A DNA stretch of 64,000 nt from Bacteroidales bacterium (GTDB lineage: Bacteria; Bacteroidota; Bacteroidia; Bacteroidales; JAGOPY01): the NCBI GenBank assembly GCA_017991835.1, contig JAGOPY010000005.1, forward strand, positions 155,487-219,486. The letters run 5' to 3'. Below, piece by piece: positions 58,082 to 64,000 of the stretch. The notes under the pieces were generated by a model, which was not told where the DNA came from, did no database searches, and saw only the letters and a program-made list of their open reading frames with translations. Position numbers and translations under genes: made by a program. How positions within the stretch are numbered: the first letter of the stretch is position 1; every line of letters begins with the position of its first letter.

Positions 58082-58159
58082 TTGATCCCCTACGGGGAAA
58101 AATTACAATACGCTCATTTTTCTATAAGAATTGATCCCCTAAGGGGAATATAATACATC
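58082..58159. repeat. Two direct ~29-nt repeats, each with a TCCCC-TAM-GGGGA hairpin
   Basis: ttgatcccctacggggaaaaattacaatac (58082-58111) and ttgatcccctaaggggaatataatacatc (58131-58159). Confidence 0.8.
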
Positions 58160-58164
58160 GATGA

Positions 58165-58204
58165 TCGCCCGTTCGCCTGTTCGCCCGTTTACCCGTACGC
58201 TTGT
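58165..58204. repeat. Octamer array tcgcccgt x5 running into the purL stop codon
   Basis: Units are tcgcccgt, tcgcctgt, tcgcccgt, ttacccgt, acgcttgt. The purL TAA is at 58204-58206. Confidence 0.8.
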
Positions 58205-61200
58205 TAATCCCCGCATCTCGTTTCGATCCATTTTTTTGCGTTGACGAATGCTTCGATCCAGGGTGAGACCTCGTCGGAAGGGCGGCTGGCGGGATAGCTG
58301 GCCCAGTTCCAGGGATGGATGGCCCGCTCCAGGTGGGGCATCATGACCAGGTGGCGGCCATCGTGCGAACAAAGCGCAGCTGCACAGTAATCGCTTCCGT
58401 TAGGATTGCCGGGATAGCCGGTATAACTGTATTTCATCGCGATCTCATATTTGCCTTCCTCATACGGCAGGGAGAACTGCCCTTCTCCATGCGCAACCCA
58501 GATGCCCAGCCGGCTGCCGGCAAGGCTTTTCAACATAATGCTTTTGGTCTCATGAACATCCACATTAAGAAAAGCCGATTCGAACTTACCCGAAGCATTG
58601 TGCAGCATCTTCGGCATACGGGCATGCTCAGGATAGACCAGTCCCAGTTCGACCATTACCTGGCATCCGTTACAGACGCCAAGGCTAAGGGTATCATGAC
58701 GAGCGTAGAACTTATCAAGCGCTTCCCTGGCTTTAGGATTGTAAAGGAAGGCACCGGCCCAGCCCTTCGCCGAGCCCAAAACATCGCTGTTTGAAAATCC
58801 TCCGACAAACACAATGAGATTCACATCTTCCAGGTTCTCGCGGCCGGCGATAAGGTCGGTCATATGAACGTCTTTTACATCGAACCCGGCCAGGTGCATG
58901 CTCCAGGCCATCTCCCGGTCGCCGTTCACCCCTTTCTCGCGGATAATCGCGGCTTTGATGCCCGACTTTACAACCCTTGCCTGCTCAATCCCATATTGAG
59001 CAAATCTGCCGCTGAAAGAATCAGGAAACCGGAACGACAACTCCTGCTTTTTGTAATTTTCGTATCTTCTGGCAGCCAGTTCCGGTCCACACTGCTTACG
59101 ATCAAGCAGATAGGATGTTTTGTACCATGTATCCCTGAGTTCCTCAATATCAAACAAATAGGATTGTCCATCATGGCCGATTTCAATCGTACGGTTGCCG
59201 GTAACCTGACCGAGACGATAAAATCTGATCTGCTCTTTTTCAAGTAACCGAGATGCTTCGTCCGGGTCTTTCACCTGGATGATCACACCGGGTTTTTCGC
59301 TGAAAAGGATGCGGTAGATGTCCTTCTCGCCGAAAGCATCCATGTTTAGATTCATCCCGGCATCATTCCGGCCGAAAGTCATCTCCAGGAAAGTGGTAAT
59401 CATGCCGCCGGCGCTGATATCATGCCCAGCCAGGATCATCTCTTCACGTATCATATTCTGCACGGTTTCGAATGCCCGCGCAAAATATCCGGTATCAGGC
59501 ACGCCCGGAACTGCGGTGCCGATGGCGTTAACCGATTGGGCGAAACTGCTGCCCCCCAGGTGGAATCCGTCGCCCGAAAAATCGATATAAATGATGCAAC
59601 CGGCCGCCGGTTGCAACACCGGTTCCACGATCTGCCGGACATTTGCGACCTCCCCTACGGCGGAAATAATGACGGTACCCGGGGCAAAAACCTTTTGTCC
59701 GTCAGGGTATTTCTGTGTCATCGACAACGAATCTTTGCCGGTGGGTATATTGATCCCGAGGCCGATGGCAAATTCGCTGACCTTTTTAACGGCAGCAAAA
59801 AGCCTGGCGTCTTCGCCCGGATTTTTTGCCGGCCACATCCAGTTAGCGCTGAGGGATACGCCTTTCAGGCCATCTTCCAGCGGCGCCCAGACAATATTCG
59901 TTAGTGCTTCTGCAACGGCCAGCACAGATCCTTTCTCCGGATCGATCAGTCCGGCGACTGGTGCATGGCCTATTGCCGTAGCGATTCCCCTTTTTCCAAG
60001 GTAATCCATCGTCGCTACCCCCAGGTTGTTCAAAGGCAGTTGCACCGTTCCGGCACATTGCTGTTTGGCTATCCTGCCCGTCACCGACCGGTCGACCTTG
60101 TTGGTCAGCCAGTCTTTGCAGGCGACGGCTTCCAGTTGCAGGACCTGGTGCAGGGCTATCGGGAGAGACGCAGCATGCTGCGTCTTTACAGTAGCATGCG
60201 ATAGAGACGCAGCATGCTGTAGTGGAGACGCAGCATGCTGCGTCTTTACAACAGTATAGGCAGGATCCGCAAACGATGCCGGCAGGGTTGTATCGTTGAG
60301 CACCGTCCTCGGTGGTTTTCCGAGGAGGTTGGCCAGTTCGAGGTGCATAGGCTTTTCGCCTTGTGCATTGACGAAGGATAAGATATGGTCGCCGGTAGTC
60401 CTGCCGACGACGTACAGGGGAGCGCGTTCTCTTTCTGCGATCCTTTTCAGCAGCGGTAGGTCTTTTTCGCTGATGATCAGCCCCATCCGTTCCTGTGATT
60501 CATTGCCGATGATCTCTTTATCGGACAGAGTAGGATCGCCGACGGGGAGCTTTGTCATATCGATGGTTCCCCCTGTTGCCTCCACCAGTTCCGACAGGCA
60601 GTTCAGGTGGCCTCCCGCGCCATGGTCGTGGATGGAGATGACCGGGTTGGCGCCCGATTCAGCCATTGCCCGGATCGCGTTGTAGACCCGTTTCTGCATC
60701 TCGGGATTGGCGCGCTGAACGGCATTCAGTTCGATAGCGTTGCCGTATTCACCGGTAGCCACTGACGAAACCGCGCCGCCTCCCATACCGATCCGGTAGT
60801 TATCACCGCCCATGACGACGATCAGGTCGCCGGTGCCCGGAATGTCTTTAATACTGTCTTCGCGGATTCCCGTGCCGATGCCGCCGGCGAGCATGATCAC
60901 CTTGTCGTAGCCGTAAGATTTGCCGTCTTCTTCGTGCTCAAAGGTGAGCACACTTCCGCAGATCAGCGGTTGTCCGAATTTGTTGCCGAAATCGCTGGCG
61001 CCGTTGGATGCTTTGATCAGGATCTCTTCGGGGGTCTGGTAGAGCCACTTCCTGGGTTTAAGGCGCTCCTCCCAGGGTCTGCCGGGCGCCATCCTGGGAT
61101 ACGAAGTCATATAAACGGCGGTGCCGGCCAGCGGGATACTGGCTTTGCCACCGGCCATCCGGTCGCGGATCTCTCCGCCGGTACCGGTGGAAGCGCCGTT

Positions 61201-61971
61201 AAACGGCTCGACGGTCGTCGGGAAATTATGCGTTTCGGCTTTCAGGGAAATCACTGTGCTGACCGGCCTGATGCGGAAAAAATCGGCCTTGTCCTGCGTC
61301 TCCGGGGCAAATTCCTGTGCTGCCGGTCCGCTGATGAAGGCAACATTGTCTTTGTAAGCCGAGACCAGGCGGTTGGGATTCGCCTTCGAGGTTTTCTTTA
61401 TCATCGAAAAAAGGGAATCCTCCTTTACATCGCCATCAATAATAAAACTCCCGTTAAAGATCTTATGCCTGCAATGCTCCGAATTAACCTGCGCAAAGCC
61501 GTATACTTCGCTGTCGGTCAGTTTCCTGCCCAATTTTTCTGCCAGCCCTTCCAGGTAAATGACCTCTTCTTCGCTCAGGGCAAGCCCTTCCTTCAGATTA
61601 TAAGCCCTGATATCGTCGATATATAGTATCGGTTCGGGCTTATGCTCGATCGTAAAAATCTTCTGATCCAAACCTTTGTAAAGATGCTGAAGCATGGGGT
61701 CGAAAGAGTCGCCCTCCTTAAAATAGCGGAACTCCTCGATCCTTTCAATGCCTTCGATACCCATATTCTGCGTTATTTCAACCGCATTGGTGCTCCAGGG
61801 AGTGATCATCTCTTTCCGGGGTCCGATAAACTGTCCTTCGACCTGCTCCCACATGACCAACGAGGCATCCCCCAGCAACCAGGCCAGCTTTTCAAGGTCC
61901 TTCTTCGGTTGGTGAATTTTGCTGCCGATGGCATAAATGACAGAGTGGTTATTCTGATAAAAAAGGATCAT
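58204..61971 (-). CDS. purL: Phosphoribosylformylglycinamidine synthase (large single-chain FGAM synthase)
   Basis: Full-length PurL-like with a C-terminal glutaminase (GVCNGCQ...HGEG). The likely start is MILFYQNNH at 61971, 1 nt after the CDF stop; the ORF track runs to 62061. Confidence 0.93.
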   Translation of the reverse strand: MILFYQNNHSVIYAIGSKIHQPKKDLEKLAWLLGDASLVMWEQVEGQFIGPRKEMITPWSTNAVEITQNMGIEGIERIEEFRYFKEGDSFDPMLQHLYKGLDQKIFTIEHKPEPILYIDDIRAYNLKEGLALSEEEVIYLEGLAEKLGRKLTDSEVYGFAQVNSEHCRHKIFNGSFIIDGDVKEDSLFSMIKKTSKANPNRLVSAYKDNVAFISGPAAQEFAPETQDKADFFRIRPVSTVISLKAETHNFPTTVEPFNGASTGTGGEIRDRMAGGKASIPLAGTAVYMTSYPRMAPGRPWEERLKPRKWLYQTPEEILIKASNGASDFGNKFGQPLICGSVLTFEHEEDGKSYGYDKVIMLAGGIGTGIREDSIKDIPGTGDLIVVMGGDNYRIGMGGGAVSSVATGEYGNAIELNAVQRANPEMQKRVYNAIRAMAESGANPVISIHDHGAGGHLNCLSELVEATGGTIDMTKLPVGDPTLSDKEIIGNESQERMGLIISEKDLPLLKRIAERERAPLYVVGRTTGDHILSFVNAQGEKPMHLELANLLGKPPRTVLNDTTLPASFADPAYTVVKTQHAASPLQHAASLSHATVKTQHAASLPIALHQVLQLEAVACKDWLTNKVDRSVTGRIAKQQCAGTVQLPLNNLGVATMDYLGKRGIATAIGHAPVAGLIDPEKGSVLAVAEALTNIVWAPLEDGLKGVSLSANWMWPAKNPGEDARLFAAVKKVSEFAIGLGINIPTGKDSLSMTQKYPDGQKVFAPGTVIISAVGEVANVRQIVEPVLQPAAGCIIYIDFSGDGFHLGGSSFAQSVNAIGTAVPGVPDTGYFARAFETVQNMIREEMILAGHDISAGGMITTFLEMTFGRNDAGMNLNMDAFGEKDIYRILFSEKPGVIIQVKDPDEASRLLEKEQIRFYRLGQVTGNRTIEIGHDGQSYLFDIEELRDTWYKTSYLLDRKQCGPELAARRYENYKKQELSFRFPDSFSGRFAQYGIEQARVVKSGIKAAIIREKGVNGDREMAWSMHLAGFDVKDVHMTDLIAGRENLEDVNLIVFVGGFSNSDVLGSAKGWAGAFLYNPKAREALDKFYARHDTLSLGVCNGCQVMVELGLVYPEHARMPKMLHNASGKFESAFLNVDVHETKSIMLKSLAGSRLGIWVAHGEGQFSLPYEEGKYEIAMKYSYTGYPGNPNGSDYCAAALCSHDGRHLVMMPHLERAIHPWNWASYPASRPSDEVSPWIEAFVNAKKWIETRCGD
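60164..60250. repeat. 87-nt in-frame block built from a 20-nt perfect palindrome (agacgcagcatgctgcgtct, 2 full copies + 1 partial) inside purL
   Basis: gagacgcagcatgctgcgtctttaca occurs at 60164-60190 and 60224-60250, with a partial copy at 60203-60220. It encodes ...VVKTQHAASPLQHAASLSHATVKTQHAASL... Confidence 0.9.
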
Positions 61972-61972
61972 C

Positions 61973-62932
61973 TCAGGTATTTTTGGATTTTGACCTACGG
62001 GTCTTTTTAAGTTTTTGAAAATTATCTTCGGAAATCCCGAATTTTTCTTCTGCCGGATCATCGCCCACCGGTTCGGTGTGCACCATCACATCATAAACAT
62101 CGGTAAGCTCGAGTTTTATCTGCTTTTCCACCTGGTGAGCCAGCTGATGGGCCGTTTTGAGCGGCATATCGCCATCGACTTCAATATCGACGGCAACCAT
62201 ATACTGGTGCCCTATTTTACGGATCCTGGTACGATGTGGATTAGAAGCCCCTTCTACCTTCGATATCGCTTTGAATACCCTGTCGTAAACGCTCTCATCA
62301 TCCACACCATCCATTAGCTGCAGCGAAGATTCCCGGAAAATTCTGAATGCCAGGTAAATGATCCAGCCACTCACGACAAGAGCTGTAATCTTGTCGAAAA
62401 CAGGCATTTTCATCACGAAAGTAAAAACCAGTCCTATTAAAACTGCCAGGGATATGACCACATCTCCCATCATGTTTTTTCCATTGGCCTGAAGCATAAG
62501 GCTGCCGGTTTTTTTACCGATGGTGTACTGGTACCAGGCGAGCAAAACTTTTCCCATGATGGAGAACACAGTCACATAAACAGCCAGCATCGACGGCATG
62601 ACCGACTTTTCGCCTTCAATGAGGTGGTTGATCGTCGTGATGGCAAGCTGTGCCCCGGCAAAGAAGATGATAAAAGAGAGCACTTTGGAGGCAATCGTGT
62701 CGGCCCGTTCATAACCATAGACATACTTCAGGTTCGGCGGGCGGGAAATGACCCGGGCTGTGACCAGGGTGATAGCTGATGCGATGATATCGCCGGCCGA
62801 ATCGATCCCATCCGCCAAAACGGCCATGGATCCGGAAATCAACCCTATAAAGATTTTAAGCACCGACAGGAGAGCGTTTCCGGCGATGCTGACCCAGGAG
62901 GCACGGACGATCTGCTTCTCCCGGTTCTCCAT
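61973..62932 (-). CDS. Cation diffusion facilitator family transporter
   Basis: MENREKQIVRASWVSIAGNALLSVLK..., SMAVLADGIDSAGD, six TM segments and a cytoplasmic C-terminal domain. The ORF track extends to 62968. Confidence 0.88.
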   Translation of the reverse strand: MENREKQIVRASWVSIAGNALLSVLKIFIGLISGSMAVLADGIDSAGDIIASAITLVTARVISRPPNLKYVYGYERADTIASKVLSFIIFFAGAQLAITTINHLIEGEKSVMPSMLAVYVTVFSIMGKVLLAWYQYTIGKKTGSLMLQANGKNMMGDVVISLAVLIGLVFTFVMKMPVFDKITALVVSGWIIYLAFRIFRESSLQLMDGVDDESVYDRVFKAISKVEGASNPHRTRIRKIGHQYMVAVDIEVDGDMPLKTAHQLAHQVEKQIKLELTDVYDVMVHTEPVGDDPAEEKFGISEDNFQKLKKTRRSKSKNT

Positions 62933-62933
62933 C

Positions 62934-63875
62934 TTATTCCTGTGCTGCGAGGAACCTTTCGGCCTCAAGGGCAGCCATACAGCCGCTCCCTGCCGCCGTC
63001 ACCGCCTGGCGGAATTTCCAGTCCTGGACATCGCCGCAGGCAAAAACACCCGGAACATTCGTTTCGGTTGAATCGGGTTTGGTAATGAGATAACCCACCT
63101 CATTCATATCCAATACCCCTTTAAACAGGTCGGAATTCGGTTTGTGGCCGATAGCGGAAAAATAACCATCGACCGGTAGCAGTTCCTGCTCACCTGTTTT
63201 GATATTTTCAATACGGACGCCGGTCACCGCTTTGTTAAAACCCTCTTCGGTGCCGACAATTTCTTTCACTACACAATTCCAGTGAAGGACGATATTCGGC
63301 GTGGTGGTCACTCGCTTCTGCATGGCTTTCGAAGCACGCAACTCTTCACGGCGGTGGATCAGGTGCACCGTGCGGCAGAGTTTGGCCAGGTAGGAGGCCT
63401 CTTCCGCTGCCGTATCGCCGCCGCCGACAATTGCCACATCTTTTCCGCGGTAGAAGAACCCGTCGCAGGTAGCACAGGCCGAAACGCCCGCCCCCATGAA
63501 CCGCTCTTCCGATTCCAGGCCGAGGTATTTGGCCGTGGCTCCGGTGGCAATGATCAGTGTATCGGCCAGCATCGTCTTGCCGTCATCGGCTTTCACTGTA
63601 AATGGCCGTTTCGACAGGTCAACCTCAGTGACGATGCCAAAACGGATATCGGTGCCGAAACGGGCGGCCTGCTTTTTCATGTCTTCCATCATCTGCGGAC
63701 CCATGATCCCATCCGGATAACCGGGGAAGTTTTCCACTTCCGTGGTTGTTGTCAATTGTCCACCCGGCTGAATTCCTTCATAAATGACGGGATGAAGATC
63801 TGCCCTGGCGGCATAAATAGCTGCGGTATATCCGGCAGGCCCGGACCCAATGATCAGGCAATGAATATGTTCCAT
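62934..63875 (-). CDS. trxB: Thioredoxin-disulfide reductase
   Basis: IIGSGPAGYTAA, the redox centre CATCDGFF, and GGGDTAAEEA. The likely start is MEHIHCLIIG; the ORF track runs to 63917. Confidence 0.93.
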   Translation of the reverse strand: MEHIHCLIIGSGPAGYTAAIYAARADLHPVIYEGIQPGGQLTTTTEVENFPGYPDGIMGPQMMEDMKKQAARFGTDIRFGIVTEVDLSKRPFTVKADDGKTMLADTLIIATGATAKYLGLESEERFMGAGVSACATCDGFFYRGKDVAIVGGGDTAAEEASYLAKLCRTVHLIHRREELRASKAMQKRVTTTPNIVLHWNCVVKEIVGTEEGFNKAVTGVRIENIKTGEQELLPVDGYFSAIGHKPNSDLFKGVLDMNEVGYLITKPDSTETNVPGVFACGDVQDWKFRQAVTAAGSGCMAALEAERFLAAQE

Positions 63876-63914
63876 GTTTTCGTTAATGTTATTTGGTTTT
63901 GAAAGTTGAGGATG

Positions 63915-63922
63915 CAAAGGTA
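63915..63922 (-). promoter_or_regulatory. -7 promoter box (caaaggta on plus) for trxB
   Basis: Exact TAnnTTTG on the minus strand, 40 nt upstream of the ATG at 63875. Confidence 0.4.
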
Positions 63923-63932
63923 GTAAAAAGTA

Positions 63933-63940
63933 TATCTTTG
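63933..63940 (+). promoter_or_regulatory. -7 promoter box TAnnTTTG (tatctttg) only 4 nt before an ATG
   Basis: Exact match; the ATG is at 63945. Confidence 0.35.
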
Positions 63941-63944
63941 TAAG

Positions 63945-64000
63945 ATGAAAGTACTGATCCGACTCTTAGTTTACACATGCGCCGTATTGCTGACCGCCTG
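63945..64000 (+). CDS. Start of a small membrane protein (possibly phage-holin-family-4-like); partial
   Basis: MKVLIRLLVYTCAVLLTA... runs open to the window edge. The family guess rests on N-terminal similarity recalled from memory. Confidence 0.35.
   Translation, partial: MKVLIRLLVYTCAVLLTA

Noticed and set aside
61973-63875. trxB-CDF-purL packing (1-nt spacers) as a functional system
   Set aside because: The tight spacing suggests co-transcription, but the three functions are unrelated housekeeping roles. I have no evidence that this is more than operon compaction.

Overview
This 64 kb window looks like a Bacteroidota chromosome. The evidence is type-A T9SS C-terminal sorting domains, exact TAnnTTTG -7 promoter boxes 4-45 nt upstream of many start codons, no Shine-Dalgarno sequences, and about 50-57% GC in hand-counted housekeeping lines. 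Most of it is housekeeping: proS, pfkA, priA, a molybdenum-cofactor operon (moeA-moaA-moaC-MOSC/MogA), panB, dnaK, rsmD, holA, an acyl-CoA ligase, msrB/A, and a tight trxB-CDF-purL block. There are two accessory blocks. The first (2.5-8.7 kb) holds two secreted T9SS cargo genes: a 1444-aa protein with a papain-like peptidase domain, and a 540-aa protein. This block is a low-GC compositional mosaic, and the large gene has frame problems at both ends. The second (22.8-37.7 kb) holds two giant adhesin-like genes: one intact at 3022 aa, the other broken by one frameshift and two in-frame stop codons. I found no rRNA, tRNA, CRISPR, transposase, integrase or recognisable defence or toxin system. The strongest candidate for something undescribed is not a gene cluster. 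It is a set of at least 12 short phase-locked tandem arrays with 7- or 8-nt units whose sequence differs at each locus. Most abut or overlap stop codons, and three lie in frame inside CDSs (purL, an RluA-family gene, a T9SS sorting domain). A separate REP-like family of about 23 nt occurs at three loci. All functional calls come from reading the translations by eye, and no searches were run.
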